In this document: positions 9,826 to 19,814 of the stretch, in pieces | Position numbering within the stretch: position 1 is the stretch's first letter | Layout: each line of letters begins with the position of its first letter | Virus record (IMG/VR): IMGVR_UViG_3300043442_000183 | Span: 1-37,240 of that record | Strand: one strand, 5' to 3' | Length of the DNA stretch: 37,240 nt | Origin: a virus | Taxonomy: Duplodnaviria > Caudoviricetes | Program-made: the position numbers and the translations under genes | Notes under the pieces: model-generated | Seen by the model: only the letters and a program-made list of their open reading frames with translations | Database searches by the model: none | What the model was told of the DNA's origin: nothing

Positions 9826-10293
9826 TTAGAGTCCAGACGCTCTAATGATTTCATCCAACTCTTCACGGCTACCTGCGTTCATCAACTTCTGATGAATCTG
9901 TGCTTGGAACTCAGGAGTAACTCCCTGTTCTACAGCATTAGTCATCCGTTGATATGCAGCAGCCTGCTTTGGATCTACATTAGGTGTTGCCTGGTTCGGC
10001 TGGGTTTCATAGCCAAATACATCGGCATAATCTTCCAGCCATTTAGATACAGACTCTTCAGTTGGGTCTATATCCTGTGGGATAAATGAAGCAATTTTGC
10101 TATTTACCCCGCGACTAGCGAGGGCATCTTTGATTGCTCGTTCTCTGTTTGCTTTTGCAAGTGACTCATACTGCGCCTTTAGTTCGGCGAGTTCTTTGTC
10201 TTTTGCTTTTGTTGCTTTACGCAACTGCTTGACGAGATCGTTGGAAGTATCTTCCTGTTCAAAGTCGTCATCTTCGTAGTCGTAGTTGGACAT
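9826..10293 (-). CDS. Capsid scaffolding protein
   Basis: Acidic N-terminus and coiled coil, immediately upstream of the capsid gene; start MSNYDY at 10293 with AAGGGAGAAGG. Confidence 0.78.
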   Translation of the reverse strand: MSNYDYEDDDFEQEDTSNDLVKQLRKATKAKDKELAELKAQYESLAKANRERAIKDALASRGVNSKIASFIPQDIDPTEESVSKWLEDYADVFGYETQPNQATPNVDPKQAAAYQRMTNAVEQGVTPEFQAQIHQKLMNAGSREELDEIIRASGL

Positions 10294-10410
10294 AGGTCCT
10301 TCTCCCTTATTAGTTGTTATCGCAGGCCTCATATAGAACTGGGGATTTTCTATATGGCTCCTACTACTGGTTTTGATGTCTCTCTAACGGACCAGTCGTC
10401 CCGTTAGCAG
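10294..10410 (-). promoter_or_regulatory. Structured RNA leader of the scaffold/capsid genes (two hairpins, possible pseudoknot)
   Basis: Stems 10384-10390/10401-10407 and 10330-10338/10348-10356; loop 10391-10396 is complementary to 10366-10371. Confidence 0.55.
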
Positions 10411-10412
10411 GT

Positions 10413-11831
10413 CTAGAATTGTCCCGCTCGTTCGCGGGATAGCGCTCCTTGAGCGACTCCAGTCTGACCAGAGAACTGTGCAGTCTCTAGTTGGGTAAGT
10501 CTCTTGCGCTTTTGTGCAGCTTCTGCTGCTCCTGGTAATGTAAATACTTCTGCTTCTGCAGTTGTTTGGTCATAAGGTCCAAGACCTTGCTTTGCATAAA
10601 TATCGCCAAGTTTTGTAGCAGTTGGTAGGAACTCAGAAATTGTTTGGTATCCTTGACGTGCAGATTCTTTTGTTACTCCATAACGAGCTAAGTATTCGGC
10701 ATCTGTCACTCCAACGCCTGTTATTCCACGTTGAGGTGCTGCCATAGAAAGACCAGCCTTAGCTGCCTCTCCACCAATTTCAGCAGCAGTTACCTTACGG
10801 TTGATGTCTTGGATAGCCTGCTTAGGGTCAAGAACATAAGCCAAGATGTCACCATTGCTAATGTTTGGATAATAAGCACGTAACGCCTGAAGTACTTCTG
10901 GATTAGAGTCTTGGACTCTCTTGTATCCAATCTGTAGACGTTCTTCTAATTCAACAGGAGATACATCTCCAGCAATAAACTTATCTAAGTTTGCTTGCTT
11001 TCCAAACTGATTCTTTTCGTAATACGCAGCAGGTAAACCATACTGGCGCATAACGTTTTGGTACTGATCTTCAAGTGATATGTACTCAGCTTCAGATAAA
11101 GCACGAAGTCCAGCATTGATTCTTTGTTGATTAGCCTGAAATCTTTTTTGATAAGTAGGTGTCTTACGAAGTTCAATAGCAAACTCTGCTGGTGGAAGTC
11201 CACCTTTGATAAGAGCCTCTACATCGCCCACGAGTTCACTCAGTCCATAACGATTGAACTCATCTCTAAGTAACTGAAATGCGCTCCTGCGCTCTTCATA
11301 GACTTTACCTTGAGTAGCCTTTTGTTGTTGGAGCAAGGATGCGTAAGCAGTAAATGCTGCTTGGTCTGTGAACTTTGTACCATCTTCTGCGGTATAGACA
11401 GTAGGGGTACCAGTTCCTTCAAATCCACTTCTACTTCCAGCACCACTGGTAGAAGCAGAACTTGATGCAGGTGTTGCTGATGCTGTGATAGCTCCAGTAG
11501 TTATATTGATTGTAGAGCCAGATTTTTTAGCCGCTGTTGCTTCATTGATTGCTGCACCAATCTGAGCGCCCGTCAATCCTTTAGCAATAGCGCCTTTTAT
11601 GACAGCATCATATTCTTGGCTAGTTAGATTTTCTTTAGCATTCCAAGAATCTCCATAATAACCAGAAGCATCAACACCACCACGAGCATTATAGTAACCT
11701 AAAGCATCTAGTCCGAATTGTTTTCCATTTTCAGCAAGAATTTTTTTTGTTGATTCTGGAAGTTGACTAAACGGTACTGGAGCAAATCCTGGGTCTACAG
11801 ATTTATATTGACCTATGCCTAAAAGTGCCAT
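10413..11831 (-). CDS. Putative internal virion (ejection) protein
   Basis: 472 aa, Ala/Gln-rich and helical, in the block between portal and scaffold. Confidence 0.55.
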   Translation of the reverse strand: MALLGIGQYKSVDPGFAPVPFSQLPESTKKILAENGKQFGLDALGYYNARGGVDASGYYGDSWNAKENLTSQEYDAVIKGAIAKGLTGAQIGAAINEATAAKKSGSTINITTGAITASATPASSSASTSGAGSRSGFEGTGTPTVYTAEDGTKFTDQAAFTAYASLLQQQKATQGKVYEERRSAFQLLRDEFNRYGLSELVGDVEALIKGGLPPAEFAIELRKTPTYQKRFQANQQRINAGLRALSEAEYISLEDQYQNVMRQYGLPAAYYEKNQFGKQANLDKFIAGDVSPVELEERLQIGYKRVQDSNPEVLQALRAYYPNISNGDILAYVLDPKQAIQDINRKVTAAEIGGEAAKAGLSMAAPQRGITGVGVTDAEYLARYGVTKESARQGYQTISEFLPTATKLGDIYAKQGLGPYDQTTAEAEVFTLPGAAEAAQKRKRLTQLETAQFSGQTGVAQGALSRERAGQF

Positions 11832-11833
11832 TA

Positions 11834-13660
11834 TTACCCCTGGAATCCGAAGTCGCGGAGGATACCGTAAACAGTACTTGACACTTCTTGTCTAGCGTTC
11901 TCTGTCATATCCCAACGAGAGTCTTTACGTAGTAATTTCTTGAAATCGTAGATGTTCATATCGCCTTCATTCGTGATTGCGCCACGAAGTGTCGGATCAT
12001 TTAGGTCTACTTGGTTAGGGTCTATTTCTAGAGTAGAAGCCATAATGCTTCTATAAGGTGCATAAACCTGCTCTAGGTCATAGCCTTGGTTTAGCAATTT
12101 GCGAACATAATCAGGTTGTCCTTGCGCTGCGAACTGACGTGCAGTTTGAGCAATAGCGTTAGGGTCTAACTCGCCCAACGCAAGTTTCTGCAAGACTACA
12201 TTCTCAAGAGTTGAATCTTTGGGAACCGATAACTTAGGCAAAATATCTTCTAGTTTCAAACCATTTGCCTTAGCGATTCTTTGCAGTTCTTGGTAATTGG
12301 TAAGAGCTTCGCCTGTATAAGTAGCCTGACCTCCACCAGTCCCAAGACCAGTACCTACGATACTGGTTATCTTGCCTATGTAAGGTGCAATAAATCTATC
12401 AATAGCAACGCTATCGTTATCTAAAAAGCCATCATAAATCTTGCCTACTACTTGGTCTAACTGTTCATCTGTTAGAACAGAACCCATTCTACGAGCGCGA
12501 TCCTGAACAGAACGGCGAAGAGAAGCGGTATCTTGGGCATATTCAGTCTTACTTACATCTTCTCCAGCGGCACGAAGTTCATTATGTTTAGCACGAGCAA
12601 TGATACGTTTACGCAGATTCTCAGAGTTCTTTTGTACCCATTTAGTTAGTTTGAGTGCAGAAGCAAACTTTTCTGGTTCCCAGTTATTATTTACAGCCTC
12701 AACAAGTAAGTCACCAAGTTCTGAATCAAGGTTGAAAATATAGTCAGGTAAGTCATACCAGAACTCTGTCTTCTTGAGAATCTCAGTAAGAGTCTTTTTA
12801 CCTTTAGGCGTTTCTGCTGGAGTTTCAACCAGAACACCGTCTTTGTAAGTCTTGCCTTTATAGGTACCAGTAAACGGTTTACCATTAGCAAACAAAGGTT
12901 CATCTGCGGTGCCAAGGCCCTGATAAACTACATCTCCTTCTCCAGTTTTTTCTGGAAGTAAGATTCCATTCTCATATTTTTGACCATTGTAGGTTCCGCT
13001 AAAACGCTTACCACCAAGAGTAAGTGGGTTATCTTGAGTCCCAGTACCAGCGTACTTTTCACCAGCGTCTGAATCGCCCTTGCCATCTTGTGTTGCTGCG
13101 GTAACAACAATACCATTCTTATATGTTTTACCTTGATAGGTGCCAGTAAACGGTTTACCATCAAGCAGTAAAGGGCTTTGCTTACTACCAGAACCTGTAT
13201 ATTTATTCTTGGTTTCTGTCTTCGTTACAGCCTTTTTCCAGTTATCTGGAATTGGCGACTTTGGCACATAACTTGGAGCAGCATAGGACATACTACCAAT
13301 AGCGGTTTTGCGCTCATCAAGTGCAGCCTGAATCTGTTTTTCAACGTCAGCAGAGTTCTCGCCACGAGCAGTCAATGTATTGTACTGAGAATAAAGATTC
13401 TTTAGTTTAGCATCTACAGTTGTTATCTTTGATAAAGAAGTCTTGTAGCCAGTATTGACCTTTATATCAGACTTGATTTTATTCAAGTTTGCATTGGTGG
13501 CCTTTATCTTCTCATTTATATTCTTGATAGTGGCATCGTTTGGCTTTGCCTTGTTTTTTTCTGCCTGAAGATCATTGCCAAGAACCTTGAGAGTACCCTC
13601 TAGGGCTATTCTCTTTTTGTCTAAAGCGGTAAGGATTTTCTGTAATTCAGCGACTGTCAT
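11834..13660 (-). CDS. Putative internal virion protein with coiled-coil N-terminus and three internal repeats
   Basis: 608 aa; synteny; GK.F.GTY.G..Y..G repeats. Confidence 0.55.
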   Translation of the reverse strand: MTVAELQKILTALDKKRIALEGTLKVLGNDLQAEKNKAKPNDATIKNINEKIKATNANLNKIKSDIKVNTGYKTSLSKITTVDAKLKNLYSQYNTLTARGENSADVEKQIQAALDERKTAIGSMSYAAPSYVPKSPIPDNWKKAVTKTETKNKYTGSGSKQSPLLLDGKPFTGTYQGKTYKNGIVVTAATQDGKGDSDAGEKYAGTGTQDNPLTLGGKRFSGTYNGQKYENGILLPEKTGEGDVVYQGLGTADEPLFANGKPFTGTYKGKTYKDGVLVETPAETPKGKKTLTEILKKTEFWYDLPDYIFNLDSELGDLLVEAVNNNWEPEKFASALKLTKWVQKNSENLRKRIIARAKHNELRAAGEDVSKTEYAQDTASLRRSVQDRARRMGSVLTDEQLDQVVGKIYDGFLDNDSVAIDRFIAPYIGKITSIVGTGLGTGGGQATYTGEALTNYQELQRIAKANGLKLEDILPKLSVPKDSTLENVVLQKLALGELDPNAIAQTARQFAAQGQPDYVRKLLNQGYDLEQVYAPYRSIMASTLEIDPNQVDLNDPTLRGAITNEGDMNIYDFKKLLRKDSRWDMTENARQEVSSTVYGILRDFGFQG

Positions 13661-14346
13661 TACTCACCCGCCAATACTTTCATAGCAGTCTCATAGTATG
13701 AGAGAACTTTGTTTGCCTTTGCTTCATCAGTTCCAGCAATCTTGTCAACAAGGTACTGCTCGGCTTTGCCACTTGTGAATCCTGGCTTAGTGCTAATTTT
13801 TGTTTTCTTGCCAACAGTAGTAGCTGTTGTAACAGTAGGTTGTTTGGCTGCTTTTTCAGTAAAGGTGGTTGTGTACTTTGCGATTTCGTCAGCAGTTGCG
13901 GCACGACCAAGTTGATCCTTGAACACCTTGTCAATAATGGTCTTAGCAGTATCCTTAGTAATAACTGACTCTTGTTCGGTAACAGAGGTACCATCAGTGC
14001 CAGCAGTGCCACGAGATGCGGCTTGATTAGCTAGATAGTTTGTAAAGAATTGACTTGAGAACTGTTGCCCTAACTGAGAAGCCTGAAGTTGGGCTGCCTG
14101 TAAAGCAGCATTGTAAGAGTTCAATAGGTCATCATTGAATACACCATTGGTTGGAACCCTATAGCCTGCACTTTTTAGCGCTAAAGCAATTTGCTTGCGT
14201 TGCGCTTTAGGCATATTGTATAACTCAACCGCGATTGGATTGGCTGTTCCAGTATTTACAGCAGCATTACTAGAGACAGTTGTATTGGTCTTGATGATTT
14301 GTTTCTGCCAGTTAGGAATTTCTGTTGGTCCTGGCGAGCTTTTCAT
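13660..14346 (-). CDS. Putative virion protein
   Basis: Track ORF extends to 14367; the ATG at 14346 has a GGAG RBS. The start is uncertain. Confidence 0.55.
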   Translation of the reverse strand: MKSSPGPTEIPNWQKQIIKTNTTVSSNAAVNTGTANPIAVELYNMPKAQRKQIALALKSAGYRVPTNGVFNDDLLNSYNAALQAAQLQASQLGQQFSSQFFTNYLANQAASRGTAGTDGTSVTEQESVITKDTAKTIIDKVFKDQLGRAATADEIAKYTTTFTEKAAKQPTVTTATTVGKKTKISTKPGFTSGKAEQYLVDKIAGTDEAKANKVLSYYETAMKVLAGE

Positions 14347-14356
14347 TTCTCCCAAT

Positions 14357-17300
14357 TTATTCTCCAATCAATCTAGCAAACAGGACATCGTATGCTGCTT
14401 GAGCATTTGCATTTCCCTTTGCCAACTGCTGTAGTTGTGTTTTGATATTCATTCTCAAAAGGTCTTTGTAACTTTGGGCAGTCTCGGTATTGCCATAGAC
14501 TGCATCTCTAGTGTTTTGATACTGGTCAAACGCTTGGCTCATCTGTATAAGTATCGCCTTGGTCTTAGGCGATGCCGTTACTGTCTTGTCAGCAAGCATT
14601 AGACGTAAGTCATCATAGGCACGAAGACGACGAATCTTAGACTCAGCGCCCTTGCCTAGTTCTTCTTGAAGCATTGGTCGAGCACCTAAGAATTGTTCTT
14701 TCCACATTCCAAACTGATCGCGTAATTGACGCTTTGCTGAATCAGAATATGTAACAGCAAGTTGCGCTTCAAAATTATCACGCTGTGAGTAATACTCTTG
14801 CTCATCTTTGGCAGTTTGAATCTCACGAAGGAAATCTTGTAGCGTCTTATTTTCTTTTAGGCCAGACTTATACAGCAACTTATAGGCATCAAAGTTGAAG
14901 TCACCTTCACGTGGCATTAGGAATACGCCACCTTCTCTATACTTCTTGAGTAAGCCTTCGTTCTGCTGAATCCAACCAACAGACTTATCTACCGAACGAG
15001 CCGCTAGAACTGAGGTATTGTCAGACTCAGAGATGGTATATGGCATCTCATCTGGGAAGAGACGAATCCATTCTTCTGTAGCCTTATCAATACTTCCATA
15101 TTGATTGATAAGTTGATTGAATACCTGCTTGAACGATGTGCGTTCATTGTCACGAACCCACTTTGATAGGTCACTCTTGAGAGTAATCTGTGGTGATGCT
15201 GGAGCAATGAAGCCAAATAGCGCTCGAACAGCAAGGACTGAAATAGTCGCAGACTGAATTTTTTCTTGGTACGCTGCTAACTCTGCTGGAGTTGGTGGTA
15301 TTTCTAAACCAGTCTCTGGGTCAATCTTTGGCTTTAGTCCATTACCTGAAGCCTCAAGATAGGTAGCAGCCTTACGGAAGGCCGATGCGTACTGTGAATT
15401 ACGCTCATCTTTGTTCAACGCTGCAAGGATACGGTTGACGTGTCCAGGCAGAACCGCACTTATCATTGGTTGATCTACGCCATAAGTACCTAGGAATGTT
15501 GCTTCTAAATCTTTCAACTGAGGCACTACATTGAAAACCATCTTCATTGGCACCGAAGCAAGCGGTCCAGCAAATGTCGGGAATAGTGAATCTGGGTTCA
15601 TTGAAGGAGTAATCATCTTCAACTTGCCACCGAACTCAACAGGCATTGGAACTTGGAATGCTGTTGGCACACCAAAGGCCTTCATTACGCCGTTCATTAC
15701 CTTGTAGACAGGTGTTAGGCCAGGATAGAAGAAGTACTGGTCACCATTGTCATCTGTCTGTACAAAGCCAGAGTGTGCTACACCTTCGTAAGTAAGTGAT
15801 GCACGTGTTACTGCTTCTGGATTGTACTTGACAGTGCGGTAAATACGACGATAAAAGTCTTCAGTTGCACGATAGAAACGAGCAAAGTTACGGCTAGACA
15901 TAGCCAACTGGCTACGTACTGCAGGGTTATCCACAAATGCTAGAACGCGTTCCTTAGCCAAATCCTCTGCGATAGAAACAATATGAGCCTTAGCCGCAGC
16001 CTCTGCTGCAACCAGTTCATCACCAGTTTTACCAGCAGTGAACTGATCCATAATGCGCTTCTCAAAACCAGCCGCACGCATATCCTTACGAATACGAATC
16101 ATTGAGTCAATGACGAGTGGCTCACGTGAAAATCGAGCATTGGCTTCGCCCATATAATCCCAAGCCTTATCAACCAAGGATGATGCAAAGTTATCGGTAT
16201 CAGATACTGGAACAAGCGTAGGTCCAGATACCCACTCTGGGGCTAATTCTGGATTCATCTTGTTAGGCAAATCTTCTAGGCGGAAGTCTTTGGTTGAGAT
16301 GACCATTTCGCCTTTTTCGTTACGAAAACGAATCTTATTGAGCAAGTCTTCATTGACAGTACCATCACGCTTAGAGACAAGGTTCTTGGTTGCCTGCACT
16401 ACACGCTCTGCGTGTACTCGTGTTGAGGCACCAGTTTCATACAATGAGAATCTTCCGCGTTCTTTAGCTGGCAATCTATCAAGGAACTCTTGGACAGTAT
16501 TGATTGCTACTGCCTCATCTGGAGTATTACGTAGGTTCATCAAAGCCAAACGACCTAAGTCATCTTTGGAGATAATTCCAATCTGGACCATCCAGCTAAT
16601 GCGTGCATCATCAGATGCAACTGGGTTGAACTCTGAATAGTCTTTTAGACCTGTGGCTTGCTTGAGTTTCTTATTATTGATTTCAATAGCACCCATCTTG
16701 CCAAACTTAGATACATCTGTTGTGGCATTGAGGTACTGATCTCCACCACGAAGAGCGTTCTTTCCGCCTTCTGCTACTGCTCCTAGAGTGTCATCTAGGT
16801 ATCCGTACTCTGCAATTTCAGCAAGGAGTTCTGCGCCTTCTTTATCAAGTTTGCCTACTACCTTAGATTCAAGGATGGCTCTAGCCATAACCTTTTGTGC
16901 AGCCTTTGTATCACCAGATGCAATAGCCTCATCCATCAGGCGTGCATACTCAGCGCTCTGCTTGCGATAAACAAGTTTATTGATAAAACCTAAGTTACCA
17001 GCACCCTTTGCTTGGCGTAGTTTTGTAGAAAGTAAACGTGCTTTTGCTACGCCCCAAGGTGAATCACCTACAGCAAGATGAAGCATTAGGTCTTCTGCTG
17101 CGTTACGTACTGGAAATCGTGGACCAGCAAGAGTTCCGATTGACCAGTAAGAAGTCATACGTTCTGCCCACTTACTATGAGATACGCCCATAACCCTGTC
17201 AATAACTCCAGAGCGAGCGGCTAATCTGTCAAGGTCAATGATAGATGGAACTGCCATATTAGGCGATAGTTGGTATCCAAAAATAGCCATTTGCTGACCA

Positions 17301-19033
17301 TTGAACTCTGCAGGATTGGTAACTTCTGTTACTGAGTTACCAAACTCATCAGTCTTACGCTTGACAACTGAGGCAGCGTATTGTTTATTGCGACCAGAAC
17401 CAGCAAACTCATCCATATAGGACTTACCTGCTGTTGATTTTGATACACCACGTACTTCAGCTACAGTATTCCAAAGGCCTGCAAAGATTTGCTTGCGCTG
17501 ACCTTCATTACCAGCGGCAAAAGCCTCTGAGATAATGCGTGAATGGTAACGAGTATTACCTAGACGTGCTAGACGATAGACCTGAGTCGCTGCATCTGGC
17601 GCGTTGACATCAAAGAATCCATCTTTGAAGTATGGAATCGTTGTGAACTTACGTGCAAAACGATCAATACGCCCTTGAATCTGAGCAAGAGGCATACGAT
17701 ATGCGCCATCTGCACCTTTGAAACGACCAACTTGCCCTTCTGCTTGAGCAATATCTTCAACACGGGTAGTGATACCAGTGACAATATCTTGATATTCAGG
17801 GGCTGTACCGTATAGGGCTTGAACAATTCTTTGTCCAACCTTGTCTATATTGAATACTTTGTCAGTCGCTGTAAAGAAATTGACACGAGCTTTACGCGCT
17901 GCGTTTAGGCGTGGTACAAGTGGGGTTTTACGAGCTGATTGACCACTAAGAATGGTCTTGACATCTGCGTGATTTTGTAAATAAGCCTTAGCAGTATCAG
18001 CATTTCTGACACCTGCGCTGATAAATTCATCAACTGCAGCAGGACCAAACTCTGGAGCTAGGCGACGAAGCGCTGTTGATGCCTTTTCTGCAGCAACAAG
18101 GTCATCTGCCTTACGAGCAGTCTTGAGATTATCAAGTTCTTTACCATAAGCATTGAAAAAATCAGTTACACCGTTACGTCCAGTCAATGGATTCTTGATT
18201 GAGAAAGCATTGTCTACTGCTTTAGCATCTCCTGCGATTTTATAGAGCGCATAGTTAGCAGCATCGTAGGCTTTCTTGGCCTTACCTAGGGCAAGTGTCG
18301 GATCTGCAAAGACTCGATAGGCAGCATCGCCAAAACCAGAAATTCCTTTGTATAAAAAGCCAGAACCTTCTAGACCTTCTGGAAGAAGTAAGTTTGCTAA
18401 CTGACGACCTGGTGAGTATTTAGCCGCCTGCACCTTATCAAGTGCATCTTGAAATAGTTTATCTTCGCCTTTGGCTGCAGATGCAGCAATAACTTTTTCA
18501 CCCTCGGTGCCTGATGCGATAATCTGATCTAGCGGAATACCTTGGGCTACCTTGATAGCAACATTAGTTCTATCTGATCCGTATTTATTGCGAGTATCTG
18601 CAATACGAGTTGGGCTAAATACTTGGTCGCCTTTATCGTTTGCCATCTTGAATGCTTTGTCAAGGTCTACACCTTGGTCAAGTGCGATAGCACCCGTACG
18701 ATAAACACGGGTCATAAAATCTGATACTTCGTTTAGTGTGCCAAATACGCGACCAACAGTTTGTTTTACACCTTGGCCTGCATAGTGAATAGCACTACCA
18801 AGCCAACCACGCTTTTGTTCTGGAGCTTCGTTGTCGTCTCCACCGAACAAAGCCACGTGAGCAGTCTGCTGACTTTGTGGCAAAGATTGAAACTTCTGTT
18901 GAGCTATAGGTGCAGGCAGCGCTAATAGACCCTTATGAGAATCTAGTAACTTTTGTAGTCCATCTACCTGAGCTTTTTGGCTAGGACTAAGGTTTGCACG
19001 AGCTGCTGCTGCTGTGATTGACTCTTGTGGCAC
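14357..19033 (-). CDS. Large internal virion/DNA ejection protein (functional analogue of T7 gp16)
   Basis: 1558 aa, the largest ORF, in the structural operon; lacks tape-measure context. Confidence 0.6.
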   Translation of the reverse strand: MPQESITAAAARANLSPSQKAQVDGLQKLLDSHKGLLALPAPIAQQKFQSLPQSQQTAHVALFGGDDNEAPEQKRGWLGSAIHYAGQGVKQTVGRVFGTLNEVSDFMTRVYRTGAIALDQGVDLDKAFKMANDKGDQVFSPTRIADTRNKYGSDRTNVAIKVAQGIPLDQIIASGTEGEKVIAASAAKGEDKLFQDALDKVQAAKYSPGRQLANLLLPEGLEGSGFLYKGISGFGDAAYRVFADPTLALGKAKKAYDAANYALYKIAGDAKAVDNAFSIKNPLTGRNGVTDFFNAYGKELDNLKTARKADDLVAAEKASTALRRLAPEFGPAAVDEFISAGVRNADTAKAYLQNHADVKTILSGQSARKTPLVPRLNAARKARVNFFTATDKVFNIDKVGQRIVQALYGTAPEYQDIVTGITTRVEDIAQAEGQVGRFKGADGAYRMPLAQIQGRIDRFARKFTTIPYFKDGFFDVNAPDAATQVYRLARLGNTRYHSRIISEAFAAGNEGQRKQIFAGLWNTVAEVRGVSKSTAGKSYMDEFAGSGRNKQYAASVVKRKTDEFGNSVTEVTNPAEFNGQQMAIFGYQLSPNMAVPSIIDLDRLAARSGVIDRVMGVSHSKWAERMTSYWSIGTLAGPRFPVRNAAEDLMLHLAVGDSPWGVAKARLLSTKLRQAKGAGNLGFINKLVYRKQSAEYARLMDEAIASGDTKAAQKVMARAILESKVVGKLDKEGAELLAEIAEYGYLDDTLGAVAEGGKNALRGGDQYLNATTDVSKFGKMGAIEINNKKLKQATGLKDYSEFNPVASDDARISWMVQIGIISKDDLGRLALMNLRNTPDEAVAINTVQEFLDRLPAKERGRFSLYETGASTRVHAERVVQATKNLVSKRDGTVNEDLLNKIRFRNEKGEMVISTKDFRLEDLPNKMNPELAPEWVSGPTLVPVSDTDNFASSLVDKAWDYMGEANARFSREPLVIDSMIRIRKDMRAAGFEKRIMDQFTAGKTGDELVAAEAAAKAHIVSIAEDLAKERVLAFVDNPAVRSQLAMSSRNFARFYRATEDFYRRIYRTVKYNPEAVTRASLTYEGVAHSGFVQTDDNGDQYFFYPGLTPVYKVMNGVMKAFGVPTAFQVPMPVEFGGKLKMITPSMNPDSLFPTFAGPLASVPMKMVFNVVPQLKDLEATFLGTYGVDQPMISAVLPGHVNRILAALNKDERNSQYASAFRKAATYLEASGNGLKPKIDPETGLEIPPTPAELAAYQEKIQSATISVLAVRALFGFIAPASPQITLKSDLSKWVRDNERTSFKQVFNQLINQYGSIDKATEEWIRLFPDEMPYTISESDNTSVLAARSVDKSVGWIQQNEGLLKKYREGGVFLMPREGDFNFDAYKLLYKSGLKENKTLQDFLREIQTAKDEQEYYSQRDNFEAQLAVTYSDSAKRQLRDQFGMWKEQFLGARPMLQEELGKGAESKIRRLRAYDDLRLMLADKTVTASPKTKAILIQMSQAFDQYQNTRDAVYGNTETAQSYKDLLRMNIKTQLQQLAKGNANAQAAYDVLFARLIGE

Positions 19034-19438
19034 TTACATACCTCGCGCTAATGCACGCTGATAGAGAATATCTACATCTCCTGTGTCGTCATACGGAAGC
19101 ATTCTTGCCAAAATGTCAGAAAGTTTTTCTTGTGACTGTGGTTGCATACCTAGCGCATTTGCTCCAGGGCCAGATCCTATATCAACACCTGCTGTAATTG
19201 GTTCCTCTGGGCGTTGCGATGGAGCAAATAATGGGGTTGCTGGTGCTTGTCCCGCTGCTTGACGTACTTCTGTAGCAGTAGCACCGCGAACATCTGGTGT
19301 TCTTGCAAGTGGAGCGCCTGCTTTGATAGCGGCATTCTCTACACCTTGACCATAAGTATCTGGTTGGAATGACAAACCATCTGTTCTTGTGGAGAACGGA
19401 CCTGGACCTGCTGGGCCTGCGAGTGGTCCTCTAGCCAT
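19034..19438 (-). CDS. Hypothetical Pro/Gly-rich protein downstream of portal
   Basis: 134 aa, GPGPFS.RTD and RPEEPITAG...GPG motifs. Confidence 0.65.
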   Translation of the reverse strand: MARGPLAGPAGPGPFSTRTDGLSFQPDTYGQGVENAAIKAGAPLARTPDVRGATATEVRQAAGQAPATPLFAPSQRPEEPITAGVDIGSGPGANALGMQPQSQEKLSDILARMLPYDDTGDVDILYQRALARGM

Positions 19439-19649
19439 TGTTGTCCTCCATCTTCTCTAAATCTGATGTGAATTGTTCCCACACTCTGGAAACCTTTGTT
19501 TTTCTATTTGCGTTATACACTGCTAAATCTAAAATCTCTGATGCGAACATCTCTATGGCTCGCACTATATTCATAAATAAACCTGAGAAAACTACTAAGA
19601 AATCTGCGAGAGTGATAGAACGCGGTACGTAATCTTTGTCATCGTCCAC
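19431..19649 (-). CDS. Hypothetical protein
   Basis: 72 aa, GTG start with GAGGA RBS. Confidence 0.55.
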   Translation of the reverse strand: MDDDKDYVPRSITLADFLVVFSGLFMNIVRAIEMFASEILDLAVYNANRKTKVSRVWEQFTSDLEKMEDNNG

Positions 19650-19670
19650 GCTCTATCCTCTCAAATAACA

Positions 19671-19802
19671 CTAAGCCTTCTTGCCTTTGCGAGCCTTACC
19701 AGCGAAACCAAACTTGACCATTCCGCCTTTTGGCATCGGAGCCTTCTTTGATCCTTCTGTTGGCTTCTGTACTGAAGCCTTTGCACGACCACCTTTTTTC
19801 AT
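19671..19802 (-). CDS. Small Lys/Gly-rich basic protein (43 aa)
   Basis: Read by hand: MKKGGRAKASVQKPTEGSKK...KARKGKKA, strong GGAGGTG RBS. Confidence 0.7.
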   Translation of the reverse strand: MKKGGRAKASVQKPTEGSKKAPMPKGGMVKFGFAGKARKGKKA

Positions 19803-19814
19803 ATCACACCTCCC

